A stretch of 64,000 nt of DNA. It comes from Candidatus Kapaibacterium sp. Lineage in GTDB: Bacteria; Bacteroidota; Ignavibacteria; Kapaibacteriales; UBA2268. The DNA lies in the NCBI GenBank assembly GCA_963665665.1, contig OY762428.1, positions 4,672,001 to 4,736,000 on the forward strand, read 5' to 3'. Position numbers and translations under genes: made by a program. This document shows, piece by piece, positions 10,156-21,547 of this stretch. Position 1 is the first letter of the stretch, and each line of letters opens with the position of its first letter. The notes under the pieces were generated by a model. It saw only the letters and a program-made list of their open reading frames with translations. It made no database searches and was not told where the DNA came from.

Positions 10156-11289
10156 ATGAAAACACTCTCTACGCTTTCTATTGCATTTTTATTAATTTTC
10201 GTAAGCTTTTCTGAAATTTTTTCACAGATAACAATTGAATATGAGGATGTTCCTTTTGTTTTGGATGAGACTTACCATTTTTATGCAATTGGGGCACCGA
10301 ATATTAGTGCACCTGAATCAGGAGAAGATCAAACCTGGGATTTTTCCGAACTCATTTACCAGGTTGAATCTAATACAAAATTTTCCCCCGCTGAAAATGC
10401 TGAATTCCCATCCGATTCCAGGTATAATATCAGCATAACAAATTTTGGTGTAATTGATTTATATTCAGAGTATTATTACCAAAAACAGGACGATGGTATT
10501 AAAAGAATCGGAAGCCGAATGCTGCCAGTTGATATTGCCCTCACGGAATTCACCGGAAACCCGTCCGATTCCATTAACTTCGTAGAATCTATCAATAAAC
10601 ATGAAATGAATGATATGCCTCTGCCTCTAAATTATGGGGCAACCTGGACGGATGAAGTAACATATAAAACTAATTTTAACTTGTCAATTTCAATGCTTGG
10701 CCTTGATCATGTTGCATCATACAACAGTCAACATGTAACTTATAATTGTGAAGTAATTTCTTCCGGAACTATGATTATTCCGGATGAAGCAGGAACTCCT
10801 GTTTCAATAGAGGGCCTTCTGATTAAAAGAGATATTGCTGTTGTTGACAGTTTCTATATTGACGATATGCCTGCTTCAAGCATGATCCTTTCTGCTTTCG
10901 GACTTGAGCAGGGAGCTATGAGCACACAAAGTGCTTATGAATTCTATACTCAGGGTTATTCTCACCAGGTAGCAAGGTTTATCATGAGTTCCAACTGGTC
11001 TCAGGTGCTCGAATTTCAATATGCAAAATTAACTGCTTCAGACGTTGAAGAAATTGAATCTTTAAATTGCAATATTTATCCTAATCCGACAAAAGATTTT
11101 ATCAGGATAAATCAGGTAAATCAGTCAATTGAAAGAAATATCAGCATATATGATTTATCGGGTAATAAGATGGATTGCAGACAAATATCAGATGGTGTTT
11201 TTGACCTGCGCGGGCTGCCTTCAGGAGCATACATTGTTATATTGAATAATAACGGCAGTGTTGATCGTGAAATTATTATTAAGGAATAA
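10156..11289 (+). CDS. Secreted protein with T9SS type A C-terminal sorting domain
   Basis: Signal peptide, QTWDFS motif common in FCB secreted proteins, IYPNPTKDFI...GAYIV...IIIKE. Confidence 0.85.
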   Translation: MKTLSTLSIAFLLIFVSFSEIFSQITIEYEDVPFVLDETYHFYAIGAPNISAPESGEDQTWDFSELIYQVESNTKFSPAENAEFPSDSRYNISITNFGVIDLYSEYYYQKQDDGIKRIGSRMLPVDIALTEFTGNPSDSINFVESINKHEMNDMPLPLNYGATWTDEVTYKTNFNLSISMLGLDHVASYNSQHVTYNCEVISSGTMIIPDEAGTPVSIEGLLIKRDIAVVDSFYIDDMPASSMILSAFGLEQGAMSTQSAYEFYTQGYSHQVARFIMSSNWSQVLEFQYAKLTASDVEEIESLNCNIYPNPTKDFIRINQVNQSIERNISIYDLSGNKMDCRQISDGVFDLRGLPSGAYIVILNNNGSVDREIIIKE

Positions 11290-11330
11290 TAATATTGGCC
11301 TTTTAAAATTCTCACAATAATTTAAAAAAC

Positions 11331-11364
11331 AAAACCTCGAATATTGCTTCGAGGTTTTATTTTT
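11331..11364 (+). terminator. Intrinsic terminator
   Basis: AAAACCTCGAA-loop-TTCGAGGTTTT followed by a T-rich tract. Confidence 0.75.
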
Positions 11365-12363
11365 ATTCAAATTACTCAGTATGACTTTAAAACTGAAAAT
11401 TGAAAGAATAATTCTTTAATTTAAATATATGAAATGAAATCCAATATAAGGATAAAGCATCAGGTTAAAGATGACCTGAAAGAATTTGTCTAAACAGTTA
11501 CAGCAATATTTTTTTCAAACTAATGCTATTAAATATATTGCTTCTAAGCAATTTATGAGATTTGTCAATTTATGCAATGCCTGTAGAAATTGTTATTGTA
11601 ATGCCGGGAATATGTATTCAGAAACACAAGTACCTGGTGGTTTCTGTTTGTTCTTTTAATACCGTGGCAAGAATGGATAAAGCATGATTAAAATTGTAAT
11701 AAATAAGGTATAGATTATTGTATTGTTGCAAGCTAATGTTATGCTTCCCATTGATATGCAGGCTGTTTCTTACACTAAAATGTCCTAAGATTTTATTCAA
11801 ATCTACCAGCCCTGGCTGGTTTTTTATATTCATTCAGGCTCATATTAATATTAGCCGTCATTCATTTAAATTTTATACTCGCCAATACATATTTATTCAG
11901 CTGATTTGAAAAAATATACCTTGACTTTTTTATATTTTCTCCTTATTTTCTTTCGGATCAATATAGGGGTTTGATTCCCTAATGAAAGTTGTCAGTGATA
12001 TTGTATTATGAATAAATAATATTTTATTGAATTATTTTTAAAAATAAATTTCTTTTTTTTTCGTAAGATTTTAAGGGTACATTGACAGGAAATTGAAGTT
12101 TCTTAATCCGAATAATATTATTAGTAATGACTAATATCTGTATATTATTGTTGTTACTGGTAATTATCAGAAAATGAAGCAAAAATAATTTTGCAGATAA
12201 TTATTTCATGTTTAAATTTGTGTTGATTTGTAGGATTAATAGAAATTAATGTTTTAAGAATGACTAAAAATAGGCCGGGAATTAAACCAAAAGCTCTTCT
12301 AAAGAACACAAGCGAATTGTACTGTAACTATTCTGAAACAGAAGTTAAACTTATAAATTCAGG

Positions 12364-12942
12364 TTGCCAGTGAAAAAATCTTTACTCGACTATACCCTAA
12401 AAGTACGTGTACCTGTCACATTATTTATTGTTGCAGCTTCTTTTGCATTAACCTACTACGTTGCAAGGCCTGAAAGGGACGGAATCGGTTATGACCCCGA
12501 ACAGCCAATACCGTTTTCTCATAAGCTTCATGCAGGGGAGATGGGGATTGACTGCCAATATTGCCACACAAGCGTAGAAGATTCCAGGCACGCCTCTATT
12601 CCTCCACTGAGTACATGTATGAATTGCCACACAGTCGCAAAAAAGAATTCTGAACATATCAAAAAACTCACAAAATTTTATAACGAAGGAAAAGCAATGG
12701 AGTGGAAACGGATTCATAAAATCCCGGACTACGCTTATTTCAACCACAGCGTTCATGTAAACAAGGGAATTGAATGTCAGGCATGCCATGGGCAGGTTGA
12801 AAGAATGGATAAGCTTTCCCAGGTGGAATCTCTAACTATGGGAGCATGCCTGAATTGTCACAGAGATGCGCATTCCAAATCCATGATGCTCAAGGACAGC
12901 AGCGCAAGGGGGCCTGAACATTGCAATACCTGTCACAGGTAG
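12364..12942 (+). CDS. actA: Alternative complex III pentaheme cytochrome c ActA
   Basis: N-terminal TM, QPIPFSHKLHAG, five CxxCH motifs (CQYCH, CMNCH, CQACH, CLNCH, CNTCH). Confidence 0.93.
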   Translation: MPVKKSLLDYTLKVRVPVTLFIVAASFALTYYVARPERDGIGYDPEQPIPFSHKLHAGEMGIDCQYCHTSVEDSRHASIPPLSTCMNCHTVAKKNSEHIKKLTKFYNEGKAMEWKRIHKIPDYAYFNHSVHVNKGIECQACHGQVERMDKLSQVESLTMGACLNCHRDAHSKSMMLKDSSARGPEHCNTCHR

Positions 12943-12972
12943 TTCTTCATTAAATTATTGTTTTACTTTATA

Positions 12973-15900
12973 ATGACAGACATGGAAAATTCTAAGTCAA
13001 ATGACAGAAGAAAATATTTCTGGAAAAGTATCAGAGAATTTGAGAAAAATCCTGACTTTGCAGCAAAAAAAGAAGGTGAATTTCCGGACAGCGTAAAAGA
13101 AGAATTTAATGTTCAGGAGTTGTCGCCCCTTTCAAGAAGGAAGTTTCTTGGCCTGCTGAGCGTCTCTGCTGCTTTTGCTGCGGTCAGCTGTAAAGACTAC
13201 AGGGACAAAGGAGCAATAGTACCATACAATAAACAGCCTGAAAATATTACATTAGGTAAGCCCAATTTTTATGCTTCTGCTCTTGCAGACGGTACGCCTG
13301 TATTGATTAAAACCCGTGAAGGCAGGCCGATTAAAATAGACGGCAACCCGGAACACCCGTTGAATAAAGGTAAGATAAGCGTTCGCGGCCATGCGAATAT
13401 TTTATCCCTTTACGACCCTGAACGTATTCAGCGCCCGATGAAAAGAAGCGGAGACAAATTGAATCCGGCAAAATGGGATGATATTGACAATGAAATTATT
13501 TCAATGCTTCAAACAACAGCCGGATCTGGAAAAGAAATTTCAATAATTTATGGTAAAAATACTTCACCGACATTCAATAACCTGCTAAAACAATTCTCTG
13601 AAAAATATCCCACAACAAAAATTTATACTTACGATTTATTCAATGACAGTAACAAAAAAACTGCCTGGCACGATTTGTACGGCACTGATAAGTATCCTCT
13701 TATCGATTGGTCAAAAGCCGATGTTATCCTGTCGATAGACGGAGATTTTCTTGGGAATGAAGGTAATCTTGAAGAACAGATAAGAGAATTCACTGCCAGA
13801 AGAGATTTCGATAAAAACTTGAATTTCAACAGGCTTTATACAGTTGAAGGCGCTTTGAGCCTTACCGGAGCTAACTCGGATTACAGGCTAAGGCTAAGTC
13901 CTGTTTTTTACAATGAATTTCTGATGGCTTTGATACATAAATGTGATCTTTGCAATATTGATACAAAACAATTCAATTTTTCCGGTGTCAGGCCGCTGGA
14001 AGAGATCGTAAAATCTGCAGGAATAAAGGAAGAGTATATTAATCTTTTAGTCAACGACCTGAAAAATTCTAAAGGTAAATCAATTGTTTACGGGGGAAAC
14101 CACCTTCCGGTGGATACACACTATCTTATCAATATTCTGAATGAGTTACTCGGAAATAAAAAATTATACAGAACAGATACAAGGGATGTTTCCTATACAG
14201 AATATTCAACTATTCAAGACTGGAAAGAGCTTGTCGGCAAAATTAATTCAGGTAAATCAGGTACTGTTCTGATTCTGGACAAAAATCCTGTTTATCATCT
14301 TCCGAATGACATAGGTTTGAAAGCTGCTCTTGAAAAAGCAAGCACTGTATTTATGGGTTTAAAAGAAAATGAAACTTCCGAATCAGCTAAATATATTCTT
14401 CCTATACACCATGCGCTTGAAAGCTGGGGTGATTTCAAACCCCGAACAGGAATGGTAACATTGCAGCAGCCGGTTATAGAGCCGCTCTATGATACCAGGC
14501 AGAAGGAATCAATGTTCCTTGTTTGGTCGGGTAAAGCAAAATACTCGAATGATATTTACCATAAATACCTGATGAAGAATTGGGAAGAAAAAGTATATCC
14601 TACAATGAACCTGCTAAGCAGTTTCAGGCAGTTCTGGAATTCGGCGCTTCACGATGGGTTCATTACTTATCAAACTGAACCAATCGAGTTTATTGATCCC
14701 GATCTGACAACCATTCCTGCATCTAAAGTTTACAAAGAGGCCGGTATAACGGTTCAGCTTCGAAATAATTATTCTATTGGTGACGGAACTTATGCCGATA
14801 ATGGGTGGCTTCAGGAATTGGCTCATCCCATATCGAAGAGCGTATGGGATAATTATGCGGCAATAGCTCCTGCAACAGCAAAAAAATATGATCTTGAGAA
14901 TAATGATCTGATAAAAGTAAAAGTTAACGGCAGGGAAATCAACCTCCCCGTTTTAGTTCAGCCCGGTACTGCCGAGAATCTTATTGTTACTGAATTGGGA
15001 TATGGAAGGACAAAGGCCGGTGTAATTGGAACGAACGTTGGATTTGACGCTTCGAAAATAATGACCACCGATACCGGTTTTAACTTCCTGTTTACCGGAG
15101 CTGAAATAGCAAAGACCGGTGAAACATATAAAGTTGTTTCTACTCAGGAGCACCATGCTCTTGACGATGATTTCGTAAAAGATTTCCATAAAAGCAGGGA
15201 CATCATTCAGGAAGGAACTGTAAATGAATATCAGCATAATCCTGAATTCCTGAAGGAACATAAACACAAAATAATAAGCATAACGCCTCCTCATGAATAT
15301 AAAGATGTTAAATGGGGTATGGCTATAGACCTGAATAAATGTATTGGCTGTAATAACTGTGTTGCTTCTTGCAATGTAGAAAATAATATTCCCGTTGTTA
15401 GTAAGGACCAGGTTGAAAAAGGACGCGAAATGCACTGGATGCGAATTGACCGCTATTACAGCGGAACGCCCGAAGATCCGGAAACAAGCATACAGCCTAT
15501 GCTATGCCAGCACTGTGATAACGCCCCGTGCGAAAATGTATGCCCGGTTGTTGCTACAACACATAGTCCGGACGGCCTGAACCAGATGACTTATAACAGG
15601 TGCGTAGGAACCAGGTATTGTGCAAATAACTGTCCTTATAAGGTAAGAAGATTCAACTTCTTTGATTTTCGCGAGCATACCGGCGACGGGTATTATTACC
15701 AGGATTCGTTGAAACTCTTGAACAACCCGGAAGTAACTGTCAGGTCACGCGGCGTAATGGAAAAATGTACATTCTGCGTTCAGCGTATTATGGACGCCAG
15801 GGAAATTGCCAAGAGTACAGGCAAACCTCTGAAAGGCAGTGACGTGAAAACCGCCTGTCAGGAAGCATGCCCGGCTGAAGCAATTGTATTCGGGGACCTG

Positions 15901-16038
15901 AATGACCCTGATTCAAAAGTTTCGAAATTAACTAAAGCAAATTTGGGATACAAAGTGCTTGAAATATTGAACGTTAAGCCGAATGTGTCTTATACTGCAA
16001 AACTAAGAAACAGGGAAAACGGCGAAAACCGCCATTGA
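12973..16038 (+). CDS. actB: Alternative complex III subunit ActB (Tat-exported molybdopterin-oxidoreductase-like domain plus Fe-S domain)
   Basis: SRRKFL twin-arginine and lipobox Cys, EGRPIKIDGNP, Fe-S motifs CIGCNNCVASC, CQHCDNAPC, CVGTRYC, CTFC...CQEACP. Confidence 0.94.
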   Translation: MTDMENSKSNDRRKYFWKSIREFEKNPDFAAKKEGEFPDSVKEEFNVQELSPLSRRKFLGLLSVSAAFAAVSCKDYRDKGAIVPYNKQPENITLGKPNFYASALADGTPVLIKTREGRPIKIDGNPEHPLNKGKISVRGHANILSLYDPERIQRPMKRSGDKLNPAKWDDIDNEIISMLQTTAGSGKEISIIYGKNTSPTFNNLLKQFSEKYPTTKIYTYDLFNDSNKKTAWHDLYGTDKYPLIDWSKADVILSIDGDFLGNEGNLEEQIREFTARRDFDKNLNFNRLYTVEGALSLTGANSDYRLRLSPVFYNEFLMALIHKCDLCNIDTKQFNFSGVRPLEEIVKSAGIKEEYINLLVNDLKNSKGKSIVYGGNHLPVDTHYLINILNELLGNKKLYRTDTRDVSYTEYSTIQDWKELVGKINSGKSGTVLILDKNPVYHLPNDIGLKAALEKASTVFMGLKENETSESAKYILPIHHALESWGDFKPRTGMVTLQQPVIEPLYDTRQKESMFLVWSGKAKYSNDIYHKYLMKNWEEKVYPTMNLLSSFRQFWNSALHDGFITYQTEPIEFIDPDLTTIPASKVYKEAGITVQLRNNYSIGDGTYADNGWLQELAHPISKSVWDNYAAIAPATAKKYDLENNDLIKVKVNGREINLPVLVQPGTAENLIVTELGYGRTKAGVIGTNVGFDASKIMTTDTGFNFLFTGAEIAKTGETYKVVSTQEHHALDDDFVKDFHKSRDIIQEGTVNEYQHNPEFLKEHKHKIISITPPHEYKDVKWGMAIDLNKCIGCNNCVASCNVENNIPVVSKDQVEKGREMHWMRIDRYYSGTPEDPETSIQPMLCQHCDNAPCENVCPVVATTHSPDGLNQMTYNRCVGTRYCANNCPYKVRRFNFFDFREHTGDGYYYQDSLKLLNNPEVTVRSRGVMEKCTFCVQRIMDAREIAKSTGKPLKGSDVKTACQEACPAEAIVFGDLNDPDSKVSKLTKANLGYKVLEILNVKPNVSYTAKLRNRENGENRH

Positions 16039-16086
16039 TTATTGATATAAAATGATTGAAATAGATCCACAAAAGGAGAGCATATA

Positions 16087-17469
16087 GTGAGTTTCGACTA
16101 CTCAAAAGAACCAACTGTTATCGAGGGCAGCCCTTCGTTGAAATCCATCGACGATGTGATTTCAAAACCAATGGAAAGCCTGCCTGATAAGAAGTATTAT
16201 CTTGCTCTTGCCCTTACCCTTACCATGCTTGGGATAGGAGTATTCAGCATCGGCTACTCTTTCTACTATGGTACGGGAGCATGGGGTAATAACAATCCTG
16301 TTGGCTGGGGTTTTCCTATTGTCAACTTCGTTTTCTGGGTTGGTATTGGCCATGCAGGTACTTTGATCTCCGCTATTCTTTTCCTATTCAGGCAAAGATG
16401 GAGGACAGGTATTGCGCGCTTTGCCGAGGGTATGACAATTTTTGCAGTTATGACGGCAGGAATTTTTCCGCTTATTCACGTCGGACGTCCCTGGCTTGCA
16501 CACTGGCTTCTGCCATATCCCAACCAGAATGACCTTTGGGTGAATTTCACATCTCCTCTGCTTTGGGATGTTTTTGCGGTATCAACATATTTTACTGTTT
16601 CTTTTGTATTCTGGTACGTTGGATTGATACCTGATTTTGCATCATTAAGAGACAGGACCAAAAATAAAGTCAAAAAAATTATTTATTCCATAACAAGCCT
16701 TGGCTGGAGACACTCGAACAGGCACTGGCAGCACTATGAAATGATGTACCTGATACTTGCAGGGTTTGCTACTCCTCTTGTGCTTTCGGTTCATACAATC
16801 GTTAGTTTTGACTTTGCCGTATCTATTCTACCCGGCTGGCACACGACTATATTTCCGCCATACTTTGTGGCAGGCGCTGTATTCTCGGGTTTTGCCATGG
16901 TACAGAACGTACTAATTTTTATAAGAAAAATTTTCAACATGGAGCATATCATCACACTTGATACACTCGAAAGAATGAATAAAATAATAATGGTTACCGG
17001 TATGATGGTCGGCTACGCTTATGCAATGGAATTCTTCATTGCCTGGTATAGCGGAAGCCAGCCGGAGCAGTTTGCATTTATAAACAGGGCATTCGGCCCT
17101 TATGCATGGGCTTACTGGATAATGGTAAGCTGCAACGTACTGTTCCCGCAATTGTTCTGGATTAAGAAACTTCGCAGAAAAATTCCGGTGATGTTTGTTG
17201 TTGCAGTTTTTGTAAACGTTGGTATGTGGTTCGAAAGATTCGTTATCACAGTAACTTCACTATCGAGAGACTTTCTGCCGTCAAGCTGGGCATATTTCAA
17301 ACCAACCCTTGTAGATGGCGGTATTTTGATTGGTAGTTTCGGGCTGTTCTTTACTTTATTACTTCTGTTTACCAAAACAATGCCTGTTGTTTCAATAGCA
17401 GAGGTAAAAGCTGTTATCGATGGCGCACAGCCGTCACATCACGGAGGAGGGCACGAAGATGAAAAATAA
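16087..17469 (+). CDS. actC: Alternative complex III quinol-binding subunit ActC (NrfD/PsrC family)
   Basis: [44 protein letters not shown]. Confidence 0.95.
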   Translation: MSFDYSKEPTVIEGSPSLKSIDDVISKPMESLPDKKYYLALALTLTMLGIGVFSIGYSFYYGTGAWGNNNPVGWGFPIVNFVFWVGIGHAGTLISAILFLFRQRWRTGIARFAEGMTIFAVMTAGIFPLIHVGRPWLAHWLLPYPNQNDLWVNFTSPLLWDVFAVSTYFTVSFVFWYVGLIPDFASLRDRTKNKVKKIIYSITSLGWRHSNRHWQHYEMMYLILAGFATPLVLSVHTIVSFDFAVSILPGWHTTIFPPYFVAGAVFSGFAMVQNVLIFIRKIFNMEHIITLDTLERMNKIIMVTGMMVGYAYAMEFFIAWYSGSQPEQFAFINRAFGPYAWAYWIMVSCNVLFPQLFWIKKLRRKIPVMFVVAVFVNVGMWFERFVITVTSLSRDFLPSSWAYFKPTLVDGGILIGSFGLFFTLLLLFTKTMPVVSIAEVKAVIDGAQPSHHGGGHEDEK

Positions 17470-18598
17470 AATTGTATACGGTGTAACGGGTATTCTGAAT
17501 ACTCCTGATGAAATCATGGCAGCCGCGAAGAAAATAACCACCAGTGGATATACAAGATTTGATATAAATACTCCTTATCCTATTCACGGGATGCCCCAGG
17601 CAATGAAACTTAAATCTTCTCCCCTGGGTTATTTTGCGCTCGCTCTTGGTTTATCCGGCGCTGTGCTGGCTCTGCTATTCATGACATGGACAATGACAAT
17701 TAATTATCCTCTTATTATTGGGGGCAAGCCATTCTTTTCTTTACCGGCATTTATACCTGTAACTTTTGAAGTAACTGTACTTTTGGCTTCTGTTGCAACA
17801 GTGGTATCTATGGTATTCCTGTTATTCAGGCTGCCAAACAATAGTCATCCGCTTCATGATACAAACTACATAAAGCTATGTTCTTCTGATAAATACGGCG
17901 TTTGCCTGGAAGCAAAAGACCCCAAATTCAATCAGGAAGAGGCGGTTGATTTTCTGAAAGAAATGGGAGCGGATAATATTGAGATCGTTTATTATGATAA
18001 CGATGAAATAACTTTCGGTTCAAATATTTTCAATCCGAAATTTATCGGTTTTTTAGTTGTCGTTGCTGTTATGGTTTCCGGCGCTGCTTATTTCGGCCTG
18101 AATAAATTGAGTTTTATGAATCCGTTTAACTGGATGATGGATCAGTTCAGGTATGATGTACAAAGCAGCTCCGAGTTTTTCGAAGACGGCCGGAGCATGA
18201 GAATGCCGGTGGGGGGAACTATTTCCAGGGGACATTTGCCATACATGTATGCAGATAGCGCCCTGCTTGCCGAAGCCGAACTGGTGAATCCGCTTACAGC
18301 TGACAAGAAAAATCTTGAAACAGGTAAGAAGAAATATGATACCTATTGCAGTCCCTGTCACGGGAATTTCGGTGATGGCGACAGCAGGCTTAGGGGGCAG
18401 TTTCCCAATCCGCCAAGCCTCCATTCGGAAAAGGCAAGGAACTGGAAAGACGGTATGTATTATCATATAATAACAATGGGACAGAATTCAATGCCTTCTT
18501 ATGCGAGACAGTTAAATGAAACCGAAAGGTGGCAGGTTATCCACTATGTCAGAGCTCTTCAAAGAGCTAAAAATGCTACCGGGGAGGATATGAAATGA
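17459..18598 (+). CDS. Fused ActD (DUF3341)-ActE (monoheme cytochrome c)
   Basis: N-half [24 protein letters not shown] (ActD); C-half MMDQ...CSPCH...MPSYA...[12 protein letters not shown] (ActE). Confidence 0.9.
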   Translation: MKNKIVYGVTGILNTPDEIMAAAKKITTSGYTRFDINTPYPIHGMPQAMKLKSSPLGYFALALGLSGAVLALLFMTWTMTINYPLIIGGKPFFSLPAFIPVTFEVTVLLASVATVVSMVFLLFRLPNNSHPLHDTNYIKLCSSDKYGVCLEAKDPKFNQEEAVDFLKEMGADNIEIVYYDNDEITFGSNIFNPKFIGFLVVVAVMVSGAAYFGLNKLSFMNPFNWMMDQFRYDVQSSSEFFEDGRSMRMPVGGTISRGHLPYMYADSALLAEAELVNPLTADKKNLETGKKKYDTYCSPCHGNFGDGDSRLRGQFPNPPSLHSEKARNWKDGMYYHIITMGQNSMPSYARQLNETERWQVIHYVRALQRAKNATGEDMK

Positions 18599-19776
18599 GT
18601 GATTATAAACTGAATTATGTAAAAAAAGAATTACCGCGCTCTCTTGGGCGGGCTGCAATAGCTATTATGTCTCTCGGAGCTTTGCTGGTGATTCTGGCAT
18701 TTGTAATTGATCCGTCAAGGGCTTCTTTCAATAGTATAATAAACTTCATGTTCGTCCTGAGTATCGGGCTGGGAACATTATTCCTCACGGGCCTGGAATA
18801 TATAGTTGGTGCTGTTTGGAGCGTTCCTTTCAGGAGAATATCAGAGATATTAGCGGCAACTTTGTTTTTTGTGCCGGTACTAGCAATTCCGGTTTTATTA
18901 AATATGCACGGAGTATTTCACTGGACACATCATGAAGCAGTTGAAGCCGATGCGATATTAAGCGGAAAAGCTCCATACTTAAATGAAACTTTCTTCCTGA
19001 TAAGGTTCATTGTGATATTCATTGTTATATGGTTGTTCTATAAAATTATAACCGGCCGTTCGCAAAAGCAGGATCTTTCAGGAGATCAGAATTTGACAAG
19101 AAAGAATATCAGAACGTCCGCTGCAATGATGCCTGTTTTTGGTATTTCTATTACCATTCTGGCTGTTGACTGGCTAATGAGCCTTGAACCGCACTGGTTC
19201 TCAACAATATTCGGCGTTTATTATTTTGCAGGTACAGTGCTTGCAGCCCTGTCTGCTCTTTCCTTGTTTGTGATAAATCTTGACAAAAAGGGATATCTTT
19301 CAGGTATCACAAAAGATCATTATTACAACCTCGGGGCGCTGATGTTTGCCTTTACAAACTTCTGGGCATATATTGCTTTCAGTCAGTTCCTGCTGATATG
19401 GTATGCGAACATTCCTGAGGAAACTTTCTGGTTCATACACAGGGGCGAAGGTTCCTGGCTTTGGCTTTCTATTGGAATGATAGTGATTCATTTCGTAGTT
19501 CCTTATGCCTTATTGCTTTCACAGCCGGCAAAATCGAATATTAAAATGATAAAATTTACTGCAATATGGCTGCTTTTTGCTCATTTATATGATCTGTACT
19601 GGCTTGTTATGCCTAACTTCAGCAAAGACGGGGCAGTATTCGGATGGATAGAAATAGTATTCCCGATATTTTCTGTCGGCCTGGTACTTACTGTATTCTA
19701 CTTCGCTGCGAAGAAAAAGAATTTAATGGCTGTTGGTGATCCTAAAATGCAGCGAGCCATGGAATTTCATTTATAA
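18595..19776 (+). CDS. actF: Alternative complex III subunit ActF
   Basis: Multi-TM; DWLMSLEPHWFSTIFG, FWAYIAFSQFLLIWYANIPEET. Confidence 0.93.
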   Translation: MSDYKLNYVKKELPRSLGRAAIAIMSLGALLVILAFVIDPSRASFNSIINFMFVLSIGLGTLFLTGLEYIVGAVWSVPFRRISEILAATLFFVPVLAIPVLLNMHGVFHWTHHEAVEADAILSGKAPYLNETFFLIRFIVIFIVIWLFYKIITGRSQKQDLSGDQNLTRKNIRTSAAMMPVFGISITILAVDWLMSLEPHWFSTIFGVYYFAGTVLAALSALSLFVINLDKKGYLSGITKDHYYNLGALMFAFTNFWAYIAFSQFLLIWYANIPEETFWFIHRGEGSWLWLSIGMIVIHFVVPYALLLSQPAKSNIKMIKFTAIWLLFAHLYDLYWLVMPNFSKDGAVFGWIEIVFPIFSVGLVLTVFYFAAKKKNLMAVGDPKMQRAMEFHL

Positions 19777-19803
19777 TTAAAGAAATTAATTCCGGTATCA
19801 AAC

Positions 19804-20760
19804 ATGGATAATAAAAAAATAAATATTGAAGAAGAAATTGATTTCAAGGCTGTAGCCAAAACTCCCATCAGATGGTTTGGGTTGATCTATCCTTTCTTTT
19901 TCGGGGTAATCATTCTTCTGGGATTATTCTATATAGATAATCTCAGAACTCTTGAGGACAATGATGTTCCGGCAATGATAGAACCTAAATGGGATAGCGA
20001 GCTGAAAACAAAGAAGGGCAGCATACAGGCTGGTGTTGTGGTCTCTGATATTTCCAAACCGGATGATGAACTTATTGCTATTGGAAAAGACCTTTATACT
20101 GCTAATTGTGCGTCATGCCACGGCGAAGAAGGCAAAGGCGACGGGGCAGCAGGCGAAGCCATGAATCCCCAACCAAGAGATTTTACTAATCCTGACAATT
20201 GGGTTAACGGCCGGAAAATTGCTGAACTATACAAAACTCTTGAAGAAGGAATTGTGGAAAATGGCATGGCTGCTTATGAATATCTGCCGGTTGCCGACAG
20301 GTTCGCGATCATCCATTACGTAAGAACCTTTGCAGAAGATTTCCCGGTTGATACTGATGAAGAACTGCAGGCCCTTGATATGGCCTATTCCCTTTCCGAA
20401 GGCAAGATAACTGCAAATCAGATTCCGGTTTCGAAAGCTATGACTATCCTTGAAATGGAAAATCAGGAATTTGATATAAAAGTTGCTGCAGTAAAAAATT
20501 TCATTATCAATTCAGCAGCAGAAATTGATCTGTCCAGCCATATTTCCTGTATCAACAAAGCTTCTGCAACATTGTTGCGCATAAATTTTAATCAGGATGC
20601 CGGATCATTCGCCAGGGCTGTTATAAACGGCGCTCCAGTAAATGGTTTTAAACCGTCCATATCTACATTAAGCGCTGAAGAATGGTATAATATTAAAAAT
20701 CATCTGACAACTGCATTGAAAAATAATGTTTCGACTAATAGTGATTCAAACAAAGGGTAA
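19804..20760 (+). CDS. Membrane-anchored monoheme cytochrome c
   Basis: N-terminal TM, CASCH, GKGDG...PQPRDF, distal Met in GMAAY; extra C-terminal domain of unknown type. Confidence 0.88.
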   Translation: MDNKKINIEEEIDFKAVAKTPIRWFGLIYPFFFGVIILLGLFYIDNLRTLEDNDVPAMIEPKWDSELKTKKGSIQAGVVVSDISKPDDELIAIGKDLYTANCASCHGEEGKGDGAAGEAMNPQPRDFTNPDNWVNGRKIAELYKTLEEGIVENGMAAYEYLPVADRFAIIHYVRTFAEDFPVDTDEELQALDMAYSLSEGKITANQIPVSKAMTILEMENQEFDIKVAAVKNFIINSAAEIDLSSHISCINKASATLLRINFNQDAGSFARAVINGAPVNGFKPSISTLSAEEWYNIKNHLTTALKNNVSTNSDSNKG

Positions 20761-20762
20761 TA

Positions 20763-21545
20763 ATGAAGAAATTTCTGATATATATAATAATTCTGGTTTC
20801 TTTCTTTCAATTGGAGTGCTTCTCAGAAGAAAAACCGCCGGAAGTTGGTATTGTTGAAAAGCTTGATACAACTATCTCCATGGATCTTGTTTTTACAGAT
20901 TCGGACGGGAAAGAAAAAACTTTGAAAGAAATTATCGACAAACCAACAATACTTGCTCTCGTGTATTACAGATGTCCCGGTATTTGCAGTCCACTTCTTA
21001 CAGAGATGGGTGACATAACCGACAAAGTTGATCTTGAACTTGGAAAAGATTTCCAGAATCTGAGTATATCTTTCGATGCAAGAGAAGGAACTGACCTTGC
21101 GTTAAAATGGAAGAAGGAATATCACTCTGCTATGAAAAACCACAAAATGACTGATGATAACTGGCGATTCATGACAGGCGACAGCTCTAATATAAAAAAA
21201 CTGACAGATGCTGTAGGTTTCTATTTCAAGCCGGACGGCAAAGGAGATTTCATACACGCGGGAGCGCTTATAGTACTGGATAAAAATGGCAAAGTAATAC
21301 GTTATCTTCTTGGCACACAATTCCTGCCATTCGATTTTAAAATGTCAGTTATTGAAGCAAGTAAGGGGCATTCTGTTCCGACAGTTTCAAAAATGCTGGA
21401 ATACTGTTTCAGCTACGATCCTGAAGGTAATACTTATGTATTCAATTTTACAAAAGTAGTTGGAACTTTTATTTTTCTCGGCATAGGAATATTCTTTATA
21501 GTACTCGTTATAAAAGGAAGAAAAAAAACTGAGGAAAGGTCATAA
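20763..21545 (+). CDS. SCO1/SenC copper chaperone
   Basis: CPGIC motif, conserved His (FIHAG), C-terminal TM. Confidence 0.92.
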   Translation: MKKFLIYIIILVSFFQLECFSEEKPPEVGIVEKLDTTISMDLVFTDSDGKEKTLKEIIDKPTILALVYYRCPGICSPLLTEMGDITDKVDLELGKDFQNLSISFDAREGTDLALKWKKEYHSAMKNHKMTDDNWRFMTGDSSNIKKLTDAVGFYFKPDGKGDFIHAGALIVLDKNGKVIRYLLGTQFLPFDFKMSVIEASKGHSVPTVSKMLEYCFSYDPEGNTYVFNFTKVVGTFIFLGIGIFFIVLVIKGRKKTEERS

Positions 21546-21547
21546 TC

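Noticed and set aside
2471-11289. Diversity-generating retroelement acting on the similar 3' ends
   Set aside because: No reverse transcriptase; differences between the CTD copies are not restricted to adenines
11618-11909. Short ORFs in the leader of the respiratory cluster
   Set aside because: Overlapping opposite-strand ORFs of atypical composition in AT-rich DNA; likely spurious
12973-16038. Active molybdoenzyme (nitrate/polysulfide reductase)
   Set aside because: Context and architecture match ActB, which is established to lack a molybdenum cofactor
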